Of a stretch of 64,000 nt of DNA, positions 1 to 8,625 are shown piece after piece. The position numbers were made by a program, and so were the translations under genes. Where the stretch lies: contig CAZQIP010000206.1 in assembly GCA_964593655.1 (NCBI GenBank), positions 16,963-80,962 of the forward strand, in the 5' to 3' direction. Under the pieces are notes generated by a model, which saw only the letters and a list, made by a program, of their open reading frames with translations, did not search any database and was not told the DNA's origin. The stretch is from an uncultured bacterium. Lineage in GTDB: Bacteria > Poribacteria > WGA-4E > WGA-3G. Numbering within the stretch: the stretch's first letter is position 1; each line of letters starts with the position of its first letter.

Positions 1-227
1 ACGATCCCAGTGAACGGAAAAACCTGATAGATGACAAATCTCAGAATGCGCGTATCGGTGATATGCGTCAACAGATGGGGGCATGGTTTGAACGGTACGT
101 CCTGCCGGAATTAGATGGGGCGCGATGCTCGGTTACGGGTGGTGGGCAAGCAGAAAAGTTAGGCGAAGGAAATTACGGTGAAAATTCCTTCCATCCAAGA
201 TATGCACCTCCTCGACGAAATGTGTAG
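1..227 (+). CDS. Sulfatase-family protein, C-terminal fragment (5' part outside the window)
   Basis: Frame-3 translation DPSERKNLIDDKSQNARIGDMRQQMGAWFERYVLPELDGARCSVTGGGQ... ends at TAG 225-227. It is colinear with the C-terminus of the next gene product (DPRERKNLIDDRSQNALISDMRRQMGAWFERYVDPRLDGTRCTVTGRGQ), so the two are tandem paralogs. Confidence 0.8.
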   Translation, partial: DPSERKNLIDDKSQNARIGDMRQQMGAWFERYVLPELDGARCSVTGGGQAEKLGEGNYGENSFHPRYAPPRRNV

Positions 228-300
228 ACAACATATCTTCATCTGAATCAGATATGCTGAATGCTATACCGGGCATTTAGCGTTGATTTCGTAACATCAA

Positions 301-1851
301 ATGGAGGAAGGTATGTCAGATCAGGCGAAAAACCAGAGCCAGAATATTTCGCGCCGGCGTTTTTTTAAGGACATAGGCACTGGTACTATTGCTGCAGCAG
401 TTACACCAGCGGTCTTTATCGGTGCAGAGAAAACAGAAAGAAATCAAATGCAAAATCGACCCAATGTCATTTTTATTCTGACGGATGACCAAGGCCCCTG
501 GGCTGCGGGTTGTTGCGGTAATGATGAAGTCCGTACACCTTTTGTTGACCAACTCGCTTCAGAGGGGACACGCTTTCCCAATTTTTTCTGCACGACTCCC
601 GTATGTTCACCGGCACGTGCAAGCCTGATGACCGGACGCATCCCTTCTGCACACGGCGTACACGATTTTTGCAGGGACGGCAGCATGCCACCGAATGCTG
701 AACGTTATCTTGAAGGTTTGACCTGCTATACCGATGTACTCGCTAACAATGGCTACACTGTCGGGTTAAGTGGTAAATGGCATCTCGGCGATAGTCTAAC
801 ACCACAACACGGGTTTAGCCACTGGTTCGCTATGCCTTTAGGTGGAAGCAAATACAACAACGCCAATATGATTCGAGATGGACAAGTAGAAAGGCAACCC
901 GGCTACTTGACTGACGTGATTACCGATGACGCATTAGATTTCATTTCAGCGAATAGCAAAGGTCCGTTTTATCTCAGCATCAATTATAACGCACCACATA
1001 CCCCGTTTAATGGGCATCCAAAAGATATTGTGGATTCTTATGAGGATTGCCCGTTCAAGACATGTCCGCAGGAGGCATTGCACCCCTGGGCGGGACGCGG
1101 AACACTCCCTCACATGGGAAATCGCGAGTCGTTAAAGGGTTATTTCGCTGCCATAACGGCACTTGATCTAAACGTTGGACGCATTTTAGAACGACTTTCT
1201 GAATTAGGCATCCGCGAAAATACCCTCATCGTTTTCAGTAGCGATAATGGATATTCGTGTGGACATCACGGATTTTGGCACAAAGGCAACGGTACATTCC
1301 CACTGAATATGTATGAGAATTCGGTTAAAGTGCCTTTTATCATGAGCCACCGCGGTAAGATACCAGAGGGACGCGTCAGCGAAGCGATGGTGAGTCAATA
1401 CGATTTCATGCCGACACTTCTCGATTATCTCGGCTTACCGGATCCGAATGACGATATGTCACCTGGCAGAAGTTTTGTCCCAGCACTCACCAGAAAAACA
1501 AACGATGCGCAAGATGAGGTCGTTGTATTTGATGAATACGGTCCTGTCCGTATGATCCGAACACAAGAGTGGAAATATGTTCACCGCTATCCTTACGGCC
1601 CCCATGAACTCTATGACTTAGTGAAAGACCCAAGAGAACGAAAAAATCTGATAGACGACAGATCGCAGAACGCATTGATAAGCGATATGCGGCGACAGAT
1701 GGGTGCGTGGTTTGAACGGTACGTAGACCCACGATTGGATGGCACAAGATGTACAGTTACCGGCAGAGGACAAAAGGCAAAAATTGGAGATGGGGTGTAC
1801 GGTGAAGATGCCTTCAATCCAAGGGATACCAGTCATCAACAAAACAGATAG
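301..1851 (+). CDS. Sulfatase (formylglycine-dependent arylsulfatase family), Tat-type signal
   Basis: 516-aa ORF. Twin-arginine-like leader SRRRFFKDIGTG, N-terminal LTDDQG metal site, and sulfatase signature CTTPVCSPARASLMTGR (C-x-P-x-R). Confidence 0.9.
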   Translation: MEEGMSDQAKNQSQNISRRRFFKDIGTGTIAAAVTPAVFIGAEKTERNQMQNRPNVIFILTDDQGPWAAGCCGNDEVRTPFVDQLASEGTRFPNFFCTTPVCSPARASLMTGRIPSAHGVHDFCRDGSMPPNAERYLEGLTCYTDVLANNGYTVGLSGKWHLGDSLTPQHGFSHWFAMPLGGSKYNNANMIRDGQVERQPGYLTDVITDDALDFISANSKGPFYLSINYNAPHTPFNGHPKDIVDSYEDCPFKTCPQEALHPWAGRGTLPHMGNRESLKGYFAAITALDLNVGRILERLSELGIRENTLIVFSSDNGYSCGHHGFWHKGNGTFPLNMYENSVKVPFIMSHRGKIPEGRVSEAMVSQYDFMPTLLDYLGLPDPNDDMSPGRSFVPALTRKTNDAQDEVVVFDEYGPVRMIRTQEWKYVHRYPYGPHELYDLVKDPRERKNLIDDRSQNALISDMRRQMGAWFERYVDPRLDGTRCTVTGRGQKAKIGDGVYGEDAFNPRDTSHQQNR

Positions 1852-1909
1852 GGGTTGTCTGACTCAAATCTATGTAATAGTATCAAGAAAAATCAAGATG
1901 GAGATATTT

Positions 1910-2128
1910 ATGACTACGAAACTTGAACATGCATTCACAGAAGCATCTAAACTCCCCTCGGAGGAACAAAATATTCTTGCAGAGTGGTTGCTTGCTGAAT
2001 TAGCATCGGAAAAACGCTGGTCCAAACTTTTTGCCAATTCACAAGATATTTTGGCTACGTTGGGACAAAAAGCCCTTGATGAGCATCAAAAAGGCAAAAC
2101 AGAAAAATTAGATCCGGAGCAAATTTGA
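1910..2128 (+). CDS. Putative antitoxin of a ParE/RelE-type TA pair
   Basis: Small acidic protein MTTKLEHAFTEASKLPSEEQNILAEWLLAEL.... GGAG lies 6 nt upstream of ATG 1910. Its stop overlaps the TTG start of the downstream toxin-like ORF (TTGA). The longer track ORF from 1739 overlaps the sulfatase and is not favoured. Confidence 0.55.
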   Translation: MTTKLEHAFTEASKLPSEEQNILAEWLLAELASEKRWSKLFANSQDILATLGQKALDEHQKGKTEKLDPEQI

Positions 2129-2394
2129 ATTCAAAAACAACAAGTAGTTTCCGGGATATGCTTGCAACCCTGCCTCGTCAGGTTCGACGGAGTGCGCGGG
2201 AAACTTATATGCTTTTTAATTTAAATCCTAATCATCCGAGCTTACAGTTCAAAAAAGTCCATAATACGCGACCAATTTATTCGGTTCGCATAAATGTTGA
2301 CTATCGAGCTGTAGGTGAAATAGATGGAAACGATATAATTTGGTTTTGGATTGGGCCGCATAGAGAATATGAAAAGCTGCTTAGGCGAATTTGA
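2125..2394 (+). CDS. ParE/RelE-superfamily toxin-like protein
   Basis: 89 aa. The YSVRINVDYRAVGEIDGNDIIWFWIGPHREYEKLL pattern is typical of RelE/ParE-fold toxins. Translationally coupled to the upstream small ORF. Confidence 0.65.
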   Translation: MNSKTTSSFRDMLATLPRQVRRSARETYMLFNLNPNHPSLQFKKVHNTRPIYSVRINVDYRAVGEIDGNDIIWFWIGPHREYEKLLRRI

Positions 2395-2479
2395 TAACTA
2401 ATTTTATTTTCCAACTAATTGTTGTAATAAAATTGGAACTCAAGACCACCAAATTGTCAGGGCGATTTAGTTTTCTACG

Positions 2480-2508
2480 TTGACTTCAGAACAGACTTCG
2501 TGTATGCT
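2480..2508 (+). promoter_or_regulatory. Sigma70-like promoter candidate (TTGACT-17 nt-TATGCT) upstream of the Uma2 gene
   Basis: TTGACT at 2480-2485, exactly 17 nt spacer, TATGCT at 2503-2508, about 60 nt upstream of ATG 2569. Confidence 0.35.
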
Positions 2509-2568
2509 ATGTAACAAGCAACTGAAACTGCAAAGGACACAGATTTTCCGTCCGTTAAGGAGCGTACC

Positions 2569-3150
2569 ATGACGGCTATTGCTGTGCAAACCCACCTGAC
2601 ACCTGTGGAATACCTCGCTTGGGAACGCAAAGCACCCTTTAAAAATGAATATCTCAGCGGACAGATACTCGCGATGTCCGGGGCAAATCGCGCACATAAT
2701 CTCATCACAGGAAATATATTTAATGGACTTTACAACCAACTGTTAAACCGGGATTGTGAGACTTACACTGGCGAAATGCGCGTGAAGGCGAGACCCATAA
2801 CATCTTATTTTTATCCAGATGTTACTGTCGTCTGTGATGAACCCCGTTTTGAAGATGATGTGTTCGACACGCTCCTGAACCCAACTGTTGTCGTAGAGGT
2901 GCTTTCCCGCTCAACTGCAGCTTATGACAAGGGCGAGAAATTCGAGTCCTATAAGCAGATCGCCTCCTTGCAAGAATACATCCTTGTTTCACAAGACAGG
3001 GTAAACGTTGAACGTCATTTTCGCTTAGGAACGCAGTGGAGAGCGATGGAATTTCAGGAGCTTGCGGACGTACTGCCCCTGGATTCAATTCGCTGCGAAC
3101 TGCCTTTGGGGCATATCTATAGACGCGTCAAATTGACAGATACGCCCTGA
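2569..3150 (+). CDS. Uma2-family (DUF820) putative endonuclease
   Basis: 193 aa. LTPVEYLAWERKAPFKNEYLSGQILAMSGANRAHNLI...YPDVTVVC...PTVVVEVLS.ST...D...K...Y is the characteristic Uma2 / PD-(D/E)xK-like layout. AAGGAG RBS before the ATG. Confidence 0.8.
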   Translation: MTAIAVQTHLTPVEYLAWERKAPFKNEYLSGQILAMSGANRAHNLITGNIFNGLYNQLLNRDCETYTGEMRVKARPITSYFYPDVTVVCDEPRFEDDVFDTLLNPTVVVEVLSRSTAAYDKGEKFESYKQIASLQEYILVSQDRVNVERHFRLGTQWRAMEFQELADVLPLDSIRCELPLGHIYRRVKLTDTP

Positions 3151-3240
3151 TCCTACCGTTGACTCACTTTGTAAATCCTGTTTCTAACCTTAGACGTTTT
3201 AGGAGACGTTATACAACTGGCAAGTTTTTACAGATTCTCG

Positions 3241-4113
3241 ATGGTTACTGTTGAAAGGAACGAAATGGCGAGAGCATTTGCCCCCGGCAACATCTCGTGT
3301 GTTTTCAAGGTTATTCCGCACACCGATCCGGCGCGTATGCACTCGCTCGGCATGGGTTTCACGGTTAAAGAAGGTGTAGAGGTTATCGTCTCTGAACATC
3401 ATGAGACGGAAGTGCTATTTAACGGAGAGTGCATCAATTTTCCGACGGTCCGTGCTGTTGTCAATCGGCTCACGCAAAACAGTGGCATCACAGGCATAAA
3501 GGTAGACATCACCTCTCCATTGCCGCTCGGCTGTGGTTTTGGACTCAGCGGTGCCGCAGCACTCGCGACAGCCTATGCCCTTAATGAACTTTTGTCGTCA
3601 CATAAAGACAACGAAACACTTGCGATGATAGCACACGTTGCAGAAGTTGAGAATCGGACGGGATTGGGCGATGTCTGTTCACAATATCACGGCGGTTGCC
3701 TTGTCAAATTGAAGGAAGGGTCACCTTTAACAGCTGACAGGCTACCGATTACGGAGCAGCCGATCTATTACCGTTACTTCGGACCTATTCAGACAAGCGA
3801 GGTGCTTGGAAACAGAGAACAGACAACCCGCATCAATCGTGCAGCGGATGTTGCGTTGCGTACATTGCAAACGCTGACCAGTGCCAAGCCGAATGCCGAC
3901 CTCTTTAACGCCTGCTTCGCGGTCTCAAAACAGTTTTCGGTAGAGAGCGGTTTGCTTAGCGATGCACGGGTGATAGATACAATCGCAGGTATTGAGGCAG
4001 AAGGCGGTGTTGCGTCAATGATAATGTTAGGGAACGGTGTATTTAGCACGCATTCTTTTGACGACGCAGTGGAAACGAGACTCATTCAGAATCCAGCACG
4101 GCTCATCCCGTAA
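3241..4113 (+). CDS. GHMP-family kinase, pantoate-kinase-like (COG1829-like)
   Basis: RAFAPGNISCVFKV N-terminus and GHMP motif II PLPLGCGFGLSGAAALATAYA. The start may be ATG 3265 (AAGGA RBS) rather than 3241. Confidence 0.6.
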   Translation: MVTVERNEMARAFAPGNISCVFKVIPHTDPARMHSLGMGFTVKEGVEVIVSEHHETEVLFNGECINFPTVRAVVNRLTQNSGITGIKVDITSPLPLGCGFGLSGAAALATAYALNELLSSHKDNETLAMIAHVAEVENRTGLGDVCSQYHGGCLVKLKEGSPLTADRLPITEQPIYYRYFGPIQTSEVLGNREQTTRINRAADVALRTLQTLTSAKPNADLFNACFAVSKQFSVESGLLSDARVIDTIAGIEAEGGVASMIMLGNGVFSTHSFDDAVETRLIQNPARLIP

Positions 4114-4118
4114 GGGCG

Positions 4119-6158
4119 ATGTTATATCGTCCGTCAGATGGAATCACAGCAATGAAAACTGCACTTCTTCTATCATTTTTTACAGTATCTGTTGCCTTCG
4201 GTGCGGTTGAGATTGAGGATGTGACGTTTGGATTCAACGAGGGTTACAAGACAGGCACATGGGCACCTCTGACTATCACCGTTGGGGGTCAAGATGCGTT
4301 TGCTACACCTATTGGCGTTCCTGGTCAACAGATAGCTGAGACCTATCTGGCAGTAGAAGTTAGAAGTTTTTCTTCAAACACACCTACCCAGCGGTATGCG
4401 ACTCCACTCACTGGATTACGACAGAAAAATTTCTATATCTATTGCCCGAAAAATGCTACGGAGCTCGTCATTGAACTCGTACCTGCCCCACAGTCAGAGA
4501 ACACAGTGTCTCAGGATAAAGTGCGACGCGTGATGCAGGAGATGGCTTTACCGACACCTCTTGCCCGCAAAGACTTCCTCGTATTGGTGTTGGCACCGAG
4601 CGGTGATAAACTAAAACGATTTATTGACCAAAAGCAGTTAGCGGCTCATGATGATGCACAGGTACATGTGGCGTACCGTTCAAACCCGACATCCTTGCCA
4701 CGCGACTGGATAGGTTATAGTGCAGTGGATGTCCTCGTTATTCGCGAGATAGTCCTGAAACGTATCTCTAAGCCCCAACAAACAGCGATGCTTGATTGGG
4801 TACAACGTGGCGGTACGCTTATTGTCTCTGGTGGCAGTAACTATAAATATCTGCGCCACAGTTTTTTAGTACCGTTCTTTCCAGTCGAATTGAAAAAACC
4901 AGAACAAACAGAGCAGATCCCGGCTGTCTTACATGAACAACTCGGTTTTCGGAGCTTCGGTAGCAACAGTAACCCGTTTGAACGCATCCCGTTTTCTCCA
5001 CAACTTGGATGTGAAACGCTCATCGGAACAGACGATCAGATCTACGTCGCGAAGCGGAACTTTGGAGACGGTCAGATCCTGTGTCTTGCGTTTGATTACA
5101 ATGCCATGCCCTTTTCGGAACAACAAGTGGGTGAAACATTCTGGAACGGATTACTGAGCAGGCACGGTAAATCTCCGCGGCATATCACAGACCGGTTTGC
5201 CCTTGCGCTCCAACATGAGGAGAAGATTTACCAACAATTTTTATCAACTTCTGTCAAAGCCGGATCGACTCAGGTGCCGCTCATTAAACTGCTGGCTATA
5301 GTTTTACCAATATATCTGCTGAGTTTTGGTGGTTTCTTCTTTTACTTTGGGAGGTCTCTGAAGTCACGCGATCAGGATCATCGTGATGGCGTGCTTCAGC
5401 AGAAGCGAAAGGCAGGCATCTATTGGATAGGAGGATTTCTCTTTGTTCTACTCTCATTGAGTACAATTGCAGTCGCGAGAAATGTGTTGCCGAATAGCGT
5501 TACGGCGGATCAACTGTCAATTTTGTCAGTCTATCGTGATCGGAATCGTGTGCACTTGCGAAGCTACGTCGCTATTAGGGCTACAGCACACGCTGAAACA
5601 TCCATTGATTTCACAAAAGGGAACTTTATTCGTCATCAGGAAACTGAGAGCCCTCAAAAGATCGGAACGTTGGTTCAGAATTCAAGTGTTCAATTACGAG
5701 GCTTGCCCGTGGAGCCGTGGCATCCTACGACCTATGTGCAAGAAACATTTTTAGATGCTCAGGAACTTCCGCGTATCCTTGAAAACGCGTGGCACGTTAC
5801 AGGTAAAGAGATGACTTACTTAGGTAACGTCACACTTGATAGTGCGTTGGAATCTGAACTTTCTCTGAAGTCACACCATCAGGATCATCGTGATGGTGTG
5901 CTTCAGCCAACAGCCGTCCTCCGGCGGCGAGTAACAGCTGCATTACCACTTGACGAAGGTCTGCGCGGCAAGCGGAAGTGGTTTGCACAAATTCTACGAC
6001 AGGAGCAAGTCTTGCGCCATCTGGCGGAAGAGAGAGGCGCAGTATCGCCACCTTATCTGATCGGATGGACTTCTCAGAATTTTACGGACACGGTAGTAAC
6101 AGGAAATGTTAACACAAATAATGAAACTTTAGTGATTTTACCTATCACTGGGCTTTAA
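4119..6158 (+). CDS. Hypothetical exported/membrane protein (signal peptide, central TM segments), carrying two in-frame palindromic insert elements
   Basis: 679-aa ORF. Likely start ATG 4152 (MKTALLLSFFTVSVAFGA signal). Hydrophobic segments LIKLLAIVLPIYLLSFGGFFFYF and IYWIGGFLFVLLSLSTIAV. No family recognised with confidence. Confidence 0.6.
   Translation: MLYRPSDGITAMKTALLLSFFTVSVAFGAVEIEDVTFGFNEGYKTGTWAPLTITVGGQDAFATPIGVPGQQIAETYLAVEVRSFSSNTPTQRYATPLTGLRQKNFYIYCPKNATELVIELVPAPQSENTVSQDKVRRVMQEMALPTPLARKDFLVLVLAPSGDKLKRFIDQKQLAAHDDAQVHVAYRSNPTSLPRDWIGYSAVDVLVIREIVLKRISKPQQTAMLDWVQRGGTLIVSGGSNYKYLRHSFLVPFFPVELKKPEQTEQIPAVLHEQLGFRSFGSNSNPFERIPFSPQLGCETLIGTDDQIYVAKRNFGDGQILCLAFDYNAMPFSEQQVGETFWNGLLSRHGKSPRHITDRFALALQHEEKIYQQFLSTSVKAGSTQVPLIKLLAIVLPIYLLSFGGFFFYFGRSLKSRDQDHRDGVLQQKRKAGIYWIGGFLFVLLSLSTIAVARNVLPNSVTADQLSILSVYRDRNRVHLRSYVAIRATAHAETSIDFTKGNFIRHQETESPQKIGTLVQNSSVQLRGLPVEPWHPTTYVQETFLDAQELPRILENAWHVTGKEMTYLGNVTLDSALESELSLKSHHQDHRDGVLQPTAVLRRRVTAALPLDEGLRGKRKWFAQILRQEQVLRHLAEERGAVSPPYLIGWTSQNFTDTVVTGNVNTNNETLVILPITGL
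5358..5399. repeat. 42-nt palindromic element, copy 1, in-frame inside the CDS
   Basis: CTGAAG-t-CACGCGATCA-ggatcatcg-TGATGGCGTG-CTTCAG; translated LKSRDQDHRDGVLQ. Confidence 0.8.
5865..5906. repeat. 42-nt palindromic element, copy 2, in-frame inside the CDS
   Basis: CTGAAG-t-CACACCATCA-ggatcatcg-TGATGGTGTG-CTTCAG (perfect 6+10 bp stem); translated LKSHHQDHRDGVLQ. Confidence 0.8.
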
Positions 6159-6218
6159 AGAACAATGTGATTCCCGGATTAGATGTTCCTCGCGGTACTT
6201 GTTAAACAGAGGTGAACT

Positions 6219-7151
6219 ATGGATGTGCTATCGCTCGGTATTTATGTCGTTGATGTGCTTGGACGGCCGATAGATCAGTTCCCGGAAAAAGGCAAATTAG
6301 CACTCTTTGATGAACTCGAAATCCATACGGGAGGTTGTGCGAACAACACAGCCCTTGCGCTCGCGCGTTTGGGTATCTCTGCGGGTGCGATGGGTAAAAT
6401 CGGCACTGATCCTTTTGGCGATCTGATTCTGCAAACACTTACCGACAACGGCGTTGATGTGGCTGGCATGCGACAAGATATCGACGTTAGCACCTCGTTT
6501 ACATTTGTCGCGATTGCTTCCGATGGCGAACGGACTTTCTATCACTACATCGGTGCGAACGGTGAGCTCTGTGAAGCAGACCTGAATTGGGAACTTATTC
6601 AAACCACCAAAATTTTGCATATCGCCGGTGCGCTTGTCATGCCACGTTTTGACGGTGCGCCGATGGCAAACGTTCTTCGAGAAGCGAAAAGGCTGGGTAT
6701 AACCACCTCACTCGATACAGCATACGATGCCACCGGAAAATGGATGGAGACGTTAGAACCGTGTTTGCACCATGTAGACATCTTTATGCCAAGCATCGTT
6801 GAAGCGCAACAACTCACCGGTATGTCTGAACACCGTGAAATCGCACAATTTTTTCGGAATAACTACAATATCCAAACTATCGCCATTAAGATGGGTGAAA
6901 ACGGGAGTTATATTTCCACACCAGAAACAGAACTCTCTGTGCCTGCATATCCGGTCAATATCGTTGACGCAACGGGTGCAGGTGACGCTTATGTCGCTGG
7001 ATTTCTCGCTGGGACTATCATGGGTTGGGACTTAGAAGCGACTGCGAAATTGGCATCCGCGACGGGTGCAGCATGCGTCACTGCTATCGGGACCACTGCG
7101 GGAATCCAGAATCTTGAAGAGACTCTAAAAATTAGCCATCAGAGAAATTAG
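6219..7151 (+). CDS. PfkB-family carbohydrate kinase (ribokinase/KDG-kinase-like)
   Basis: 310 aa. GGCANNTALALARLG N-terminal motif and DATGAGDAYVAGFLAG ATP/anion-hole motif. Confidence 0.85.
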   Translation: MDVLSLGIYVVDVLGRPIDQFPEKGKLALFDELEIHTGGCANNTALALARLGISAGAMGKIGTDPFGDLILQTLTDNGVDVAGMRQDIDVSTSFTFVAIASDGERTFYHYIGANGELCEADLNWELIQTTKILHIAGALVMPRFDGAPMANVLREAKRLGITTSLDTAYDATGKWMETLEPCLHHVDIFMPSIVEAQQLTGMSEHREIAQFFRNNYNIQTIAIKMGENGSYISTPETELSVPAYPVNIVDATGAGDAYVAGFLAGTIMGWDLEATAKLASATGAACVTAIGTTAGIQNLEETLKISHQRN

Positions 7152-7206
7152 TTTTCAGTACGATTTTTTTCAAAAAATCTTTCAGTCATCGGTTATCGGT
7201 TAAGAA
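7151..7206. repeat. Intergenic palindromic element, family A (subtype with small GC-poor hairpin + TTTCAG)
   Basis: GTTTTCAGTACGATTTTTTTCAAAAAATCTTTCAGTCATCGGTTATCGGTTAAG. Shares GTTTTCAGTACG...CTTTCAG with the 11211 and 21255 copies; inner hairpin GATTTTTT/AAAAAATC. Confidence 0.7.
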
Positions 7207-7290
7207 CCGTATTGATGTGTGAAGCCTTTCTCTTTACTAAAAATTCTCACTGCAAGGCAAACCGTACTGACAACCGACACCTATAAAAAT

Positions 7291-8253
7291 ATGAATAACA
7301 CACCAATTGTTCAAACAGAAAATCTATCCAAATGGTACGGCGAAGTTATGGGGGTGAATGACGTAACGCTCACGATTCACCCCGGCATCATCGGTCTACT
7401 GGGTCCAAACGGCGCGGGGAAAACAAGTTTAATCAAACTTATGACGGGGCAACTCAAACCCAACCAAGGCGAAGTAAAAGTGCTGAACCAACCGGTATGG
7501 AACAACCCTGAGTTGACGCGGCGGGTAGGCTACTGTCCCGACATAGAATTGGCATATCAATTCATGAGTGGACTTGAGTTTATCACCTTTTTCGCCACGT
7601 TAAGTGGATACGACAAAACAGAAGTAGCATCCCGGACCCTACAGTCATTGGAAACAGTGGACATGCTATCGGCAAAGGATCGACCTATCGGTTCTTATAG
7701 CAAGGGTATGCGGCAGCGTATCAAACTCGCGCAGGCATTGGTACATGAACCGGAACTTCTATTTCTTGACGAACCCCTCACGGGTTTAGATCCGAATGGC
7801 AGACGACACGTTCTTGCGCTGCTGAAAGACCTTGCCGACACAGGCATTAGCATCATTGTTTCAAGCCATATCCTCTACGAGATTGAAGCATTAACAGAGA
7901 CGATTCTGCTGATTCATCAAGGACGTATCCTTGCTGAAGGCACGATCTCCGATATCCGAGAACTCATTGACGAACACCCCCACAAAGTCTACTTAAGCAC
8001 CGATGAACCGCGCCGTTTGGCACAAGTCTGTCTCCCTTTTCCAGACATCCTGAGCGTCACCTTTGTCAATAACGGAGACATTGTGGAAGAATCAGAAACT
8101 GACGTAGCAGGCGATATTATTATTGAAACTGCTAAGCCGGATGCTTTCTATGCTCGACTCCCTGAAATTCTTATTGAAAACGAATTGAACGTCTCCCAAC
8201 TCTACTCTCCTGACGACAACCTTTCTTCTGTGTTTAAATACTTGGTTGGGTAG
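7291..8253 (+). CDS. ABC transporter ATP-binding protein (ABC-2/GldA-like, with C-terminal extension)
   Basis: Walker A GPNGAGKTS, signature-like YSKGMRQR, Walker B LLFLDEPLTGLD, H-loop SSH. ATG 7291 is preferred over the GTG 7219 of the track. Confidence 0.9.
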   Translation: MNNTPIVQTENLSKWYGEVMGVNDVTLTIHPGIIGLLGPNGAGKTSLIKLMTGQLKPNQGEVKVLNQPVWNNPELTRRVGYCPDIELAYQFMSGLEFITFFATLSGYDKTEVASRTLQSLETVDMLSAKDRPIGSYSKGMRQRIKLAQALVHEPELLFLDEPLTGLDPNGRRHVLALLKDLADTGISIIVSSHILYEIEALTETILLIHQGRILAEGTISDIRELIDEHPHKVYLSTDEPRRLAQVCLPFPDILSVTFVNNGDIVEESETDVAGDIIIETAKPDAFYARLPEILIENELNVSQLYSPDDNLSSVFKYLVG

Positions 8254-8625
8254 TCTATCCCCTCACGACAGCGATTTTAAACCGCGCTTACAAAGGGTGT
8301 TCACATACTTTGGGACTTTACATAAAAAAATTTTAATCCCGCCCTCTACGAATGCCCTATATTGTCCAATTTGAAATAAGGACTGCCCATTTTTGTGCAG
8401 ATTAGACCCCTACGGTCAAGAAACCCGATATCGTCAGCGATTTTAAACATCAGCGTATAAATGCCGAGAGTGCTCAAATTACGAACAATGCTCGGCATTT
8501 TTGCGTGCATGGCAGTCAACGCATGGCACTGTCGTTGGCGTTTACGCATAATTGGCATCATATTTGCTATAATGCTACCAAAGGACTTGCTGTTGGAAAA
8601 TCGATTCAGACAGGAGGGTGAACCG

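Noticed and set aside
1739-1909. N-terminal 57 codons of track ORF 1739..2128
   Set aside because: This part overlaps the 3' end of the sulfatase gene in another frame. An internal ATG at 1910 with a GGAG RBS gives a compact antitoxin-sized protein.
8461-8625. N-terminal extension of the first WD40 gene (track start 8461)
   Set aside because: ATG 8626 is preceded by AGGAGGG and yields a proper signal peptide. The upstream 55 codons show no coding features.
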